A DNA stretch of 62,147 nucleotides from the IMG/VR virus record IMGVR_UViG_3300042868_003080, positions 1 to 62,147 of that record; one strand, 5' to 3'. The stretch comes from a virus (lineage: Duplodnaviria > Caudoviricetes). The position numbers and the translations under genes were made by a program. The notes beneath the pieces were generated by a model. The model did no database searches. It had not been told where the DNA came from and worked only from the letters and a program-made list of their open reading frames with translations. Of the stretch, positions 8,602 to 18,272 are shown piece after piece (the stretch's first letter is position 1; each line of letters opens with the position of its first letter).

Positions 8602-9069
8602 CTATTTGCCTTTGCCAAATGACGTCGTAGACCGTTTTTCCCTAAAGAGTGGCATACGAGCGTCGTTCTCACGCATGAAGTTATTGTCCACGGAGTCCAT
8701 CTGAGACTGGTTTTTGCTAGCGAAGTATTCCTTACGCTGGCGCATCAGTTCTTCTGGTGCCTTGCACAACAACAGTCCTGCGACTTCGATGTTGTCTTTG
8801 AAACGGCTGTCAGGGTCTACCAACATCTGGAACTGAGGTTGTTCCTTGATGCTAACCGGCTCCCAACCTTCTCGTAGTTTGGACGAGATATTGCGAGGGT
8901 CATTCTGGCCCATTGATGCTACACGTATCCAACGATACGCATAACCTGCTTCTTTGTCCGGTTCTGGCAGGGTCGATGCCGGTTGCCATACTTTTGGACG
9001 TTCAGCGTCTGCACGAGTTTCGCGAGGGGCGCGTTCTGCGGTTGCCCTGTTGTCAGCTACATTAGTCAT
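8602..9069 (-). CDS. conserved head-cluster protein
   Basis: GYAYRWIR...N.SSKLREGWEPV...GLLLCK motif. Confidence 0.65.
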   Translation of the reverse strand: MTNVADNRATAERAPRETRADAERPKVWQPASTLPEPDKEAGYAYRWIRVASMGQNDPRNISSKLREGWEPVSIKEQPQFQMLVDPDSRFKDNIEVAGLLLCKAPEELMRQRKEYFASKNQSQMDSVDNNFMRENDARMPLFREKRSTTSFGKGK

Positions 9070-9070
9070 C

Positions 9071-10024
9071 TTATTTCTCCATCTTCATTAGTTCACGGGC
9101 ATACTGTTCAGGCGTTAAACCTAGACGTTTTGCGATTGCCAATTGGGACTGCTTCAACACAATCTTTTTGGGGGACCGTGTTCGTGAGGCTGGAGCGACG
9201 ACCGATGACGCTTTTTGTTCGCGTGCAGCGGGTCTGGTATCACCATTATCCATTTCATCTCCGAAGTACTCGGAGAAGCGACGACGCATAGTTTTGTCTA
9301 TGACGCCCCAATATTCGTCGGTGCCTGCAAATTGCGGGCCACGTTCATTTATGAGCCTCTGGTGAAGCCCAAGAGCAGATGCAGTCATTTCCGGGTCTGT
9401 GCCCCACCACGTATTGCGCTCTTGCCACGCCATAGTTTTAGGGTCAGGCGTCGGAATTTGCACCTGCTGTTGAGGTATTTCTACCTCGTTATATTCCTCC
9501 TGTAAAGTAGGGACATAATTTTCAAGTTGTTGTATCTTATACGACGCTTTGTTTAGCTTTTCTTGAGCTTCAATAACGCGGTCAGTATCACCAGCTTCAT
9601 AAGCATCACGGTATTCCCGACGCGCTTCACTTAGCTCAAACTCCGCAGTTTGCTTATAGCTACCCATCAAGGACTGTTCGCCCTGTGCAAGCGTGCTCTT
9701 CAACCTACGGTTCTCTTCGAGAACGCGTTGTGCAACAGAAAGAGCTTCTGCCTTTTCGCGCATCTCGCGTTCTTTTTCACGGCGTTCGTCGTGCCAGACT
9801 TTCTTCATCTGTTTCAGACGGGTCTTTACCTTGTCAGAATAGTCTTCAAGCTCGTCGGCTTCTAACTCTTCAACAAGTTCCTTCGGCATTGGCTCACGGC
9901 CACGATCTGCTTCAGGGGTATCATCTTCAATTTCAATTTCCGGCTTATCAGCCTCAGAAACGGGGGTTTCGTCTTCGACTTCGTAGGAAAAATCCTCGAA
10001 GTCGTCATCATTCTGCATACTCAT
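9071..10024 (-). CDS. capsid scaffolding protein
   Basis: Acidic N-terminus, long coiled coil, C-terminal IAKRLGLTPEQYA; lies between portal and capsid genes. Confidence 0.7.
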   Translation of the reverse strand: MSMQNDDDFEDFSYEVEDETPVSEADKPEIEIEDDTPEADRGREPMPKELVEELEADELEDYSDKVKTRLKQMKKVWHDERREKEREMREKAEALSVAQRVLEENRRLKSTLAQGEQSLMGSYKQTAEFELSEARREYRDAYEAGDTDRVIEAQEKLNKASYKIQQLENYVPTLQEEYNEVEIPQQQVQIPTPDPKTMAWQERNTWWGTDPEMTASALGLHQRLINERGPQFAGTDEYWGVIDKTMRRRFSEYFGDEMDNGDTRPAAREQKASSVVAPASRTRSPKKIVLKQSQLAIAKRLGLTPEQYARELMKMEK

Positions 10025-10054
10025 TTTACTTCTCCTTTGTACGGGTTACGTCCG

Positions 10055-10489
10055 TTAAGCGCGGGAAATGCCCCGAGGGTCTTCAACAACACCTTCTACG
10101 CTGTCGTCGTTGATTAGGCGGAACTCACGACCGTGAATTTTCACACGGCTACCTGCCATTGGGCGGGTAAGGATGAAGTCACCTTCTTGGCACCATGGGC
10201 CAGACGGGAAGCGTTTCTCGTCCTTGTAGCAATCTGGACCCATCTTCAGCACCATAAGCACTGGGGTGGTGAGTTCTTCATACTGCTTGGTCGAGTCGGC
10301 CTTGAAGATACCGCCAGCGGTCTTCTCTTCGACTTCAGGGAGAGCGCACAGAATGCGATAGCCTGATGGGTCGGGAAGCTGCTTTGCACGGTCTTCTACC
10401 GGAACTTCGGGTTCTTTGTCTGCTGCCACAATGGGTTTGCCGTTAAGGCCCACTAACGAGGGGGTGGTGACCCCAACAATATCAGTCAT
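10055..10489 (-). CDS. groES: GroES-like co-chaperonin
   Basis: PSGYRIL...EEKTAGGI...VLKMGPDCY...GDFIL...FRLINDDSVEGVV; start probably MTDIV at 10489. Confidence 0.8.
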   Translation of the reverse strand: MTDIVGVTTPSLVGLNGKPIVAADKEPEVPVEDRAKQLPDPSGYRILCALPEVEEKTAGGIFKADSTKQYEELTTPVLMVLKMGPDCYKDEKRFPSGPWCQEGDFILTRPMAGSRVKIHGREFRLINDDSVEGVVEDPRGISRA

Positions 10490-10676
10490 CGTCTTGTTCC
10501 ATTCTTTGTGCGGCTTCAGCAATGAAACCGTTTGTAATCATAAGCCCGCGAATAATTCCGCAGGCATATTTGTATTCCCCATGGTCCTTTGCGGTACCAC
10601 GGGCGAGATCGACGCTAAGTAAGTCGATCTCCTCCTGCACCTTTTTTGACAGGTGCATCAGTAACTCATGTGTCAT
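10482..10676 (-). CDS. conserved small protein
   Basis: YKYACGIIRGL motif; between portal and GroES. Confidence 0.65.
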   Translation of the reverse strand: MTHELLMHLSKKVQEEIDLLSVDLARGTAKDHGEYKYACGIIRGLMITNGFIAEAAQRMEQDDD

Positions 10677-13174
10677 TCATTCTCCTTAGGCATTGCTTGG
10701 TTGGGAACGGGTTGTTCACTTTGCATGGCTTCGCGGGCAACTTCGATACCCATACGAAGACCTTCTGCTTCCTGCTTAGCTTCCAATTGACCCTTGGAAG
10801 TGGCAAGTTTTGCGCCGACGTTTAGGCCAGCTATCTCTTCTTGTGACTGGATGCGCATTTGCTCAAGTTCGAGGCGGTCACTCTTATCAGCCGCATCAAC
10901 CTGTAGCCTTTGCTTCTTGAGTTCGAGTTCGCCCTGCTTGATCTGAAGCTCACCCTGTTTGATCTGAAGTTCCTGTTGCTGCATCTGGACGATTGGGTCC
11001 TGCTGCATCTGTTGGTTCTTCTGTTGTTGGGCTTCCACTTGGTTCTTCTGTAGCAGTTGTTGTGCTGCTTGTGCCGCCAGACGGGAAACTGCCAACTCAG
11101 TATCTTCATCCATCTCAGCGTTTGGCGGAGGCAGTGGTACACCGGCCTGTTCTTCGACCTGCTTGCGGTACTCGAACGCAAGGTGTTCAGCGATGTGGGA
11201 CTGCATAGATGCCATCATTGCCTGCGCGTTCGGGTTCTGACCCATAAGCTCCATAATCTTGGGGTCTTGCATAGCAGCCGTGTGGACTGCGATGTGGGCC
11301 TGATGATCTTGGTAGAGGAACGCCTTGACCGGCTTACCGTTCAGGACATCCATATTCTCAGACACAGGGTCACGCGGCTTCATGTCGTCACCGTCTTTGA
11401 GCGGTACGAGTTTGTTAGCGTTCTTGATACCTAGCACCTCAAGCATCTGGCGGTGTAGATAGGGCAAGTCGTAGATTTGCGGCGCGCCTTGAGCCAACTG
11501 AATAACTGCCTGATACTGCACAATTTTCTGCGCCATTGTCGCAGCGTTGGGATCAGATACTGGGATAACATCGACATTGTCATAGTCAGACTTCTTAGCC
11601 CGACGACTGCCTTCTTCTGGCTCAAAGCTATACGTTTCTGGCGTATAATCGCGGATGATACCCTTAAGAAGCTGGAACTCGCGCTTCATCGCGTAGTGGA
11701 CGCGTGCCTGCACGGCACTCATCATCTTCAACGTACGCTCAAGAATAGCCAGCGTGGTACCCACAGGAGCCTGTGCAGACATGTCAGACACCTTCATGTC
11801 CGCCATACCCGCGAAGCGACGACCTTCGTCTACGATGGTCCCAAGGAGGCTGTAGAGCACTTGGCTTGGCTCTTTATACGGCAGCGGCATGATATTGTCG
11901 CGCATCGTACCCGACGCTACGTCCACATCGCGCCATTCCGCAGGGCTTATCGGGGTGTCGTCACCCTTGACGCGCAAGCCCTTAGTTTTGAATCCACCCG
12001 GTAGATTAGATAGAGTACCAGCATCGACAAGCTGACGAATAAGGCTGGTACCAGACTTAGCAAAAGCACCAATAAGGTGAATAAGGCCAAAAGCGTAGAA
12101 GCCAAAGCCCGGAACGTACGAATAATGTACGAAGTGGTTGCGCTTAAGCTTTTTCTTGTCATCGGGGTTCCAGTTACGACGGATGGATAGGACCGTTTCG
12201 GTCTCTTTATCTATGGTAATGACGTACGGAAGCGCGATTTCGAGGTCATTCTCGTCCTCGGAGCGGTATTCATCGTCTTCAATGACCAAATCCACGTGCA
12301 TTTCCAGTAGTTTATACCGGTCATCGGTCTCTGCACGGAAGCCAAGTTGCTCCGAAATCTTCTGCTCGACCTCATCCATCGAATTGACGGGGTCTGGTAG
12401 GTCTACATCACGGTAAAAACCCGAAGCTTGGAGCTTTTTAAGCTCGTTCGGGGTCTTCCGCATCACATGGGTGACGCGTTCAGCGACTTCCAAGCTGGAC
12501 GCGCCATAAGGTACGACTACATCTTCTGCAGCAACGTACATGGAGACTTGACGACCGAGTGACGGGTCGAAATACACCTTCTTGAATGCGTTACCTGCAA
12601 GGCCCAACCCCCACAACATGCGCTCATGCTCAGGGCGATATTCGACCATCACATCGGTCAACTGATAATTCATGTCTTCTTGGACGCGTGCAGCGGCGTC
12701 CTTCTTCTCGTTAGTCTCTTTACCGATAATCTGCGTACGCACCGGCCCTTGGGCTGGGAATGTCTCGCTCATAGTCTCGGCTTGGAACTTGACGACAGCC
12801 TCGGACAGCAGTGGGTGATGCACACCACAGGCTCCGGGCCAAGGTTCTGTGCGGTCTTCGACCTTCATACCGAGCAGTTCGAGGCCGTCTACATAAGTCT
12901 GTATCCAGTCCTTGCGGCTGCTAATATCTTCATTAAACTCGCCGATCAGGTCGCCAGCAAGCTCTGCGAGCACGCCTTCATCCATATCTTCGGCTAGGTT
13001 ATCGTTAAAGTCGCCCTCATCCTCGCTCGGATCGATCTCGATCTCAAACCCATCCATGCCAATACGGACACTCTCAGGGTCTTCGATCTCGATCTCGATG
13101 TCAGGACCCTCGTCCATCTCCATCATCGGAGACATCCCCAGCGGGGCTTGGTTGAGCGACTTATCGATGTCCAT
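10673..13174 (-). CDS. portal protein (P22-like, Gln-rich C-terminal barrel)
   Basis: 833 aa after TerL; HPLLSEAVVKFQA, GNAFKKVYFD, GFYAFGL, LVDAGTLSN motifs; Q-rich coiled-coil tail. Confidence 0.85.
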   Translation of the reverse strand: MDIDKSLNQAPLGMSPMMEMDEGPDIEIEIEDPESVRIGMDGFEIEIDPSEDEGDFNDNLAEDMDEGVLAELAGDLIGEFNEDISSRKDWIQTYVDGLELLGMKVEDRTEPWPGACGVHHPLLSEAVVKFQAETMSETFPAQGPVRTQIIGKETNEKKDAAARVQEDMNYQLTDVMVEYRPEHERMLWGLGLAGNAFKKVYFDPSLGRQVSMYVAAEDVVVPYGASSLEVAERVTHVMRKTPNELKKLQASGFYRDVDLPDPVNSMDEVEQKISEQLGFRAETDDRYKLLEMHVDLVIEDDEYRSEDENDLEIALPYVITIDKETETVLSIRRNWNPDDKKKLKRNHFVHYSYVPGFGFYAFGLIHLIGAFAKSGTSLIRQLVDAGTLSNLPGGFKTKGLRVKGDDTPISPAEWRDVDVASGTMRDNIMPLPYKEPSQVLYSLLGTIVDEGRRFAGMADMKVSDMSAQAPVGTTLAILERTLKMMSAVQARVHYAMKREFQLLKGIIRDYTPETYSFEPEEGSRRAKKSDYDNVDVIPVSDPNAATMAQKIVQYQAVIQLAQGAPQIYDLPYLHRQMLEVLGIKNANKLVPLKDGDDMKPRDPVSENMDVLNGKPVKAFLYQDHQAHIAVHTAAMQDPKIMELMGQNPNAQAMMASMQSHIAEHLAFEYRKQVEEQAGVPLPPPNAEMDEDTELAVSRLAAQAAQQLLQKNQVEAQQQKNQQMQQDPIVQMQQQELQIKQGELQIKQGELELKKQRLQVDAADKSDRLELEQMRIQSQEEIAGLNVGAKLATSKGQLEAKQEAEGLRMGIEVAREAMQSEQPVPNQAMPKENE

Positions 13175-13441
13175 TTACTTAACTTTCTTAGCTAAGGTTT
13201 TAGCCACTGTGAGTGCTGGAGAAACAGATGCCGCCACTTCGCCTACGCGAACTGCGGTTTCCGCTACGTCTCCGATGAGGTCGAACACGTTCTTTTTCTT
13301 TTTAGTCTGCGTCTGGTTCGCGCCTGCTACAGCATCGGCGTATTCTATGCCCTCTGCGCGTGCTTCGTTGAAGGCCGTACGCTGGTCATCCGACCATTTC
13401 GACCATTGTGTCTTACCGATAGGAAATAAAGCCTTGACCAT
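13175..13441 (-). CDS. hypothetical protein
   Basis: Fills the TerL-portal gap with coupled overlaps. Confidence 0.6.
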   Translation of the reverse strand: MVKALFPIGKTQWSKWSDDQRTAFNEARAEGIEYADAVAGANQTQTKKKKNVFDLIGDVAETAVRVGEVAASVSPALTVAKTLAKKVK

Positions 13442-14973
13442 TAGTAATACCCCTGATTGCGATTTGACCTAAAGTACACGATATCTTCCGGCTCGTCTAG
13501 GTTCGTAGTCACATAACCACCACGCCTGAACCTATGCAGGGCCATAGACACCGTATCGACATAGTCATCGTTAGCTCCGGCAGGAAATTCAGCCACTTCG
13601 TCGATCACTTCTTCCGCCCAGCGCGTTGCTGGTGCCCATACCCGCCCAGAGGCAAATATGTCTGCGACGCCGTTCAACCGGCTAATCTTGTCATTACCCC
13701 GCGTGGGGGTAAATTCTTGCACCGGTATGCCCATGGCCCGCATCTCGTAGATGAGCGGCGCACCTGATGCCTTCTTTTCAATGATGACGCCGTCTGGTTG
13801 CCACTCTTTATATTCTTCGACAGCCACACGCTTAAGCTCTGGGAACTCCATGCGGTCTCGGAAGGCATTCAGGAGGATGATATTAGCCTGTGTGATGCCA
13901 TTGTCGTCTGGGTGGTAGAACACACCCCATGTAGTGCATGCACTGTAGTCGGCTCGGCTGGTCTTCTCGAACGCCGTATCCCATACCTGCAGGATAAAGT
14001 CGCAAGCAGGCGGGTTGTCACTCTCCCATTCCATCCACCACTCGCGCTTGACGATGGCTGCGCTTTCCGAGATGGGGTTCTGCTGATACTGCGCCATCCA
14101 CTTACTGTTCGGGACGTCGCGCTTAACTTTCTCAAGTTCTTCGATCTGCCAGAACTCAGGCCACAGCGGAGCGCCTGAAGGTAAAATCGCTGGAAATTCA
14201 ATGACTTCCCACTCATCGAGGCTGTCATTAGCAGCCGCATCCTTGAGTATCTGCCCTGTCAGGTCACGCTTCGACCACCGCGTCATCACGATGATGATGG
14301 CACCGCCTGGCTGGAGACGCTGACGTGGCCCTGAGGTATACCACTCGTAGGTCTTGTCGTAGATGTCGGGGTTAGTTTCTGCGATAGCAGCTTCTTGTTC
14401 CGAGTGCGGGTCATCGATGATGAGCACGTCAGCACCCTTACCGGTCACCGCACCGCCCACACCGATAGCGAAGTAATCACCCCCTTTCGACGTATTCCAC
14501 CGACCAGCCGCCTTACTGTCCGCAGCCAGCACGAGATCGGGGAATGTCTCGTGGTACACCTCTGTATCCACCAAGTTACGCACTTTACGACCGAAGCCTA
14601 CAGCTAGTTCACCTGTGTGCGACGCCTGAATGACCTTTTTATGGGGATTGAGTCCGAGGAACCATGCAGGGAGCAGGTAAGAGGCGAACTCCGACTTAGT
14701 GTGTCGCGGTGGCATGTTAATAATGAGCCGTTTAAGCTCACCACGAGCAACGCGCTCGAAGGCATCTGCCATTTTTGCATGGTGCCGTCCCCCTATGAAT
14801 GTCGGCCAGACCTGCTCTACGAACTTCAGGAACCGCCTGCGCGCCAAGTCTTGTGTCTTAAGCTTCTCTAACTTCTCTAGCTCGGCCAACAACTGCTCTT
14901 GCTCTGCCAAGGACAAGGCAGGCAGTATCGTCGGGATGTCGTTCAGGGAGATGTTTTCGAAGGGAGAGGCCAT
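13441..14973 (-). CDS. terL: terminase large subunit
   Basis: Walker A MPPRHTKS, Walker B LIIDDP, MTRW, nuclease WDTA...DYSA...DDYVD. Confidence 0.95.
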   Translation of the reverse strand: MASPFENISLNDIPTILPALSLAEQEQLLAELEKLEKLKTQDLARRRFLKFVEQVWPTFIGGRHHAKMADAFERVARGELKRLIINMPPRHTKSEFASYLLPAWFLGLNPHKKVIQASHTGELAVGFGRKVRNLVDTEVYHETFPDLVLAADSKAAGRWNTSKGGDYFAIGVGGAVTGKGADVLIIDDPHSEQEAAIAETNPDIYDKTYEWYTSGPRQRLQPGGAIIIVMTRWSKRDLTGQILKDAAANDSLDEWEVIEFPAILPSGAPLWPEFWQIEELEKVKRDVPNSKWMAQYQQNPISESAAIVKREWWMEWESDNPPACDFILQVWDTAFEKTSRADYSACTTWGVFYHPDDNGITQANIILLNAFRDRMEFPELKRVAVEEYKEWQPDGVIIEKKASGAPLIYEMRAMGIPVQEFTPTRGNDKISRLNGVADIFASGRVWAPATRWAEEVIDEVAEFPAGANDDYVDTVSMALHRFRRGGYVTTNLDEPEDIVYFRSNRNQGYY

Positions 14974-15272
14974 TAATCTTCGCGCTTCCAGTCTTCGTAC
15001 TTCTTACCCCAATGATTGTTGTAGTGGTTCGACTCGTACAACTTCTTAAGCTCCTCGGTGTATCCGGGGATGTACACCGCTGACTCCTCGGGGGGCTTGG
15101 CGTAAGTACGCAGCCACCATCCGATGCGCAGCTTCTTAGTGCGCCTACTCCAGCGAACCTCGATGCGCAGACGACCAAACATCATCTGGCAACCGACCGA
15201 ACCTCCGTCATTGCGGGGGTAGAAGTTAAACCCTTGGCGGATTTCCTCTGTCTCGTAGCGCCAGTAAATCAT
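14973..15272 (-). CDS. hypothetical protein
   Basis: Coupled overlaps on both sides. Confidence 0.55.
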   Translation of the reverse strand: MIYWRYETEEIRQGFNFYPRNDGGSVGCQMMFGRLRIEVRWSRRTKKLRIGWWLRTYAKPPEESAVYIPGYTEELKKLYESNHYNNHWGKKYEDWKRED

Positions 15273-15490
15273 TCGCCCACCTCTTCGATGGCGTCCTTAG
15301 CTGTCTTGAGCGCCCACACAGCATTTAACAGCGGGTAATGGCAATCCCCGCATACGTCATTCCATTGCGTCACGCCCGCAGGGCCGCGCCCGATATTATA
15401 CATCTGGGTTCCGGGATAAACAATTTGCGTGTCGTTTGTTATCACGACGCCGCAAATGTCGCAGGTGAGGGTCTGTTCAATTTTCAACAT
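15269..15490 (-). CDS. small zinc-finger protein
   Basis: TCDICG...VCGDC. Confidence 0.6.
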   Translation of the reverse strand: MLKIEQTLTCDICGVVITNDTQIVYPGTQMYNIGRGPAGVTQWNDVCGDCHYPLLNAVWALKTAKDAIEEVGE

Positions 15491-16164
15491 TATTCTTCGT
15501 CACCTATATCCGCCAGTTGAGCTTCTTCCATCTCATCTAGCTCGCCATACTCATCGCCCCCTGCGCCACCGGGTGGCACGTACACGCCTAGCTCCTCGTC
15601 GAGGTCCATACCCACAGGCGTTACGTCGATGACATCGGCATTTAGCAGGCGTTTGATCCGCTCCTTGATTGCATTCTCAAGGCTTTCTGGCGTGGTATAA
15701 TTTATAGTTATCTCGCTGCGCTCAGTGAACAGCCCGATATCGCTGTGTTTTCCTAGCAATTCCAATGCTTTAAGCTCATACTTAATGTCGCCGCAGTCGG
15801 CGATCTCCATCAGCTTATGGGTAATTGCAGCACGCGCTTGGGCCGCATCAAATGCAAGCATCTGTCCATAGTTACGCAGGAATGACGCAGTGGCATATGC
15901 CGTATTTGTTTTTGTCAGGGCTGGGTTGAGGTTGTTTCTGCCTACCGCGTTGCGCTTGGCATCCTTGATGAGGTTCGCAAGTTTCTCTTGATCTGCGGTA
16001 CTAGGCAGTTCCAGCGGCGCACCCATCTCCACCTGAAGCTCGGCAGTGCTGCCAGCGACTTCTATCTCTTCGATGAGTGTCTTAGGTTTCTCATCATCTA
16101 GGCTGTACGGGACTTTGTGATCCCTAGTGGGTTCGACTTTTATAACGGGCATGTGGTGCAGCAT
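15490..16164 (-). CDS. putative terminase small subunit
   Basis: First late gene, upstream of TerL; LKALELLGKHSDIGLFTER.EI motif typical of TerS. Confidence 0.7.
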   Translation of the reverse strand: MLHHMPVIKVEPTRDHKVPYSLDDEKPKTLIEEIEVAGSTAELQVEMGAPLELPSTADQEKLANLIKDAKRNAVGRNNLNPALTKTNTAYATASFLRNYGQMLAFDAAQARAAITHKLMEIADCGDIKYELKALELLGKHSDIGLFTERSEITINYTTPESLENAIKERIKRLLNADVIDVTPVGMDLDEELGVYVPPGGAGGDEYGELDEMEEAQLADIGDEE

Positions 16165-16192
16165 CCGGTTTGAGGGAAGCAGTGAAGGCGTG

Positions 16193-16222
16193 CGTGTAAC
16201 AGCGTGGAGCTTTGGATGTCAA
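16193..16222 (-). promoter_or_regulatory. candidate late-operon promoter
   Basis: Minus-strand TTGACA (16222-16217) with a weak -10 17-18 bp downstream, just upstream of terS. Confidence 0.45.
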
Positions 16223-16246
16223 GTGACAGGATTTTTTAAAAAATAG

Positions 16247-16348
16247 GGGGTGGGGGGTCTTGGATTTGGGACGATGACAGGGGGTGTTTCTGAGTGCGCG
16301 CTAAGCGGATGGTGATTGGCAGAAAAATATATGGGGTGGGGGGTCTTG
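16247..16348 (+). repeat. 16-bp direct repeat GGGGTGGGGGGTCTTG (16247-16262, 16333-16348)
   Basis: Exact duplicate, each copy preceded by an A tract, in the noncoding divergent region. Confidence 0.85.
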
Positions 16349-16744
16349 ATTTGACATTGTATAGGGGGGTGATCCTGAGGGTGAGTGGTATAATGAGCAG
16401 ATTACTATGTATATGGAAGCTGCGGAGTCCCAACGTCACACAGGGGGGTCGCGGGTAGGTGGGTGCGCGCCTGGGCGCGCCTGGAGATGACCCCCGCCCG
16501 CGTTATACGCCCCCGCGTGATTTTATATCCCCGCTCGGCTGCGCGATGCGTGTGTCGCGTGTTGCGCGTATCGCGCCTGTATGCGTGCGATGCGCGTGTC
16601 GTGCCCGTGATGCGCGACGCGAGCGCGTGCGCGTCATCCGCTTTGGGTTGGCTAGGCTTTCCACAGAAACAAAATAAAAAACTAATAAAAACAATAACTT
16701 ACCCGTCATTTACCAATTATTTTGGGCTAATGTAAAAAAACTAT

Positions 16745-16772
16745 TTGACTGTGACACGGAAAAGCCTATTCT
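16745..16772 (+). promoter_or_regulatory. early promoter P1
   Basis: TTGACT-16-TATTCT; upstream A tract; GTGACAC box in the spacer. Confidence 0.65.
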
Positions 16773-16877
16773 TAAAAACATCGAAACGACAAACACTGTT
16801 TCACAATCGCTACGGCAACCGTGAACGACCAGCGTCTCTCGATACGATACGATACGAAAGCTTAAGGATTTAATACC

Positions 16878-17057
16878 ATGCAAAAGTTACTAGAAGCTGC
16901 TTGTGCAGAAGTGTTGGAATATCGGGACACTAACAATCCCATGAAAGCATTAGACCGCTTGGCAAAGTACGACCGCAAGCATCCGTTCGCTCGCATCCTG
17001 CTAAGCCCTAGTGACCAACGCATGGTCCAAATGTTAATCGGGGATAATCAATCATGA
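16878..17057 (+). CDS. early hypothetical protein (59 aa)
   Basis: Manual translation MQKLLEAACAEVLEY...; AAGGA SD; ATGA overlap with the next ORF. Confidence 0.65.
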   Translation: MQKLLEAACAEVLEYRDTNNPMKALDRLAKYDRKHPFARILLSPSDQRMVQMLIGDNQS

Positions 17058-17251
17058 AACCATTAGCTAAATCATTGCACACTGTGACCGTATTGGTTCG
17101 GGTAGCGTTGGAAATCCGCAAGCGTCAATTCCCGCCATTGCCAGCCGATGCGGCTATGGAACGAGCGTTGGACATATTGGGCCTGACAGGCCAGCCAGAT
17201 AGCTACGGCCTAGCCGCGCAAGCAATCAAGCAATTAAACAAGTTTTCATAA
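17054..17251 (+). CDS. early hypothetical protein
   Basis: Coupled to the upstream ORF. Confidence 0.6.
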   Translation: MKPLAKSLHTVTVLVRVALEIRKRQFPPLPADAAMERALDILGLTGQPDSYGLAAQAIKQLNKFS

Positions 17252-17262
17252 GGCGATTTACC

Positions 17263-17991
17263 ATGTCAAAGACACCTAACGGCTATATCCTTTATCAAGG
17301 GCCAAGCGCGATTGACGGCAAGCCAATTGTCGTGATTGCCACAGGCTTTGCGAGTAAGAGCAATAACGGCAAGACAGGCGACATGATACAAACGTGGATT
17401 ATCCGGCAGGATATCGCGCCACACTTAGCGGTAAAATCGGGTGATGATGAATCGATATGCGGGCAATGCATCCACAGGCCAGCCCTTAGGGCGCAAGTGG
17501 AAGCGACGGGCGACAAGTTTGTTCCTTGCTACGTCAAGACGTTTCAAGCGCCGTTGTCTGTCTATAACGGATTCCATCGCGGGATATATCCAGTCGCTAG
17601 CCATGATGAAGTGGCGGCCCTATGCGACGGCCTAATGGTTCGGTTCGGTTCCTATGGTGACCCTTATGCAGCACCGATTGCACTATGGCGGGCAATGGCA
17701 AGCAAAGCGCTTGGCTGGACGGGATACACGCATCAATGGCGCAAGGCTGGAACCGATTGGGCTAAGCTTGTTATGGCAAGTGCCGATTCGCTGGCCGATA
17801 TGTTAGAGGCCCATGCAAAAGGTTACCGAACGTTTCGGGTGACAGCCAAACCATTTGAGAACGTCAAGGGCGTTGAAGCAATCTGTCCTGCATCAAAAGA
17901 AAAGGGCGCTCGAACCGATTGCGCGACATGCCGCGCTTGCATGGGGACAAGCGGCAAAGCGAAAGCGTCAATCCAGATTGCACGACACTAA
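17263..17991 (+). CDS. Cys-rich conserved phage protein (GP88-like, possibly Fe-S)
   Basis: N.KTG, CGQC...CY, RFGSYGDP, GYTHQW, CPAS...CATCRAC motifs. Confidence 0.6.
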   Translation: MSKTPNGYILYQGPSAIDGKPIVVIATGFASKSNNGKTGDMIQTWIIRQDIAPHLAVKSGDDESICGQCIHRPALRAQVEATGDKFVPCYVKTFQAPLSVYNGFHRGIYPVASHDEVAALCDGLMVRFGSYGDPYAAPIALWRAMASKALGWTGYTHQWRKAGTDWAKLVMASADSLADMLEAHAKGYRTFRVTAKPFENVKGVEAICPASKEKGARTDCATCRACMGTSGKAKASIQIARH

Positions 17992-17999
17992 GGGGAAGC

Positions 18000-18176
18000 A
18001 TGATGACACAAGCAAAAACCTATCGCGCTTTCGTCCGATACGGAAACGACAAGCCGACCGAGCAATGGGCAGGACTAACGAAAGGCCAAGCGCAATGGCG
18101 TTACCATTGGATTAAACGCAATTGGTGGAATCTGTTTCGAGACTTTCGGGAGTATGGTTGGGAGCGCGAGGAATAA
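18000..18176 (+). CDS. early hypothetical protein
   Basis: AAGGGG SD, ATG at 18000. Confidence 0.6.
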   Translation: MMTQAKTYRAFVRYGNDKPTEQWAGLTKGQAQWRYHWIKRNWWNLFRDFREYGWEREE

Positions 18177-18217
18177 ATCCAGGGACTTCCGGGAACTGTC
18201 ATCTCTTGTGCCGTTCA

Positions 18218-18240
18218 ATATTTGCAGACTCTGCAAATAT
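18218..18240. repeat. perfect 23-bp palindrome
   Basis: ATATTTGCAGA-C-TCTGCAAATAT. Confidence 0.9.
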
Positions 18241-18272
18241 CACGAATATGTTTTCGCGTCAATCGCCGCGAT

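Noticed and set aside
16840-16856. (CGATA)3 microsatellite in the first leader
   Set aside because: Too short to argue for phase variation; noncoding
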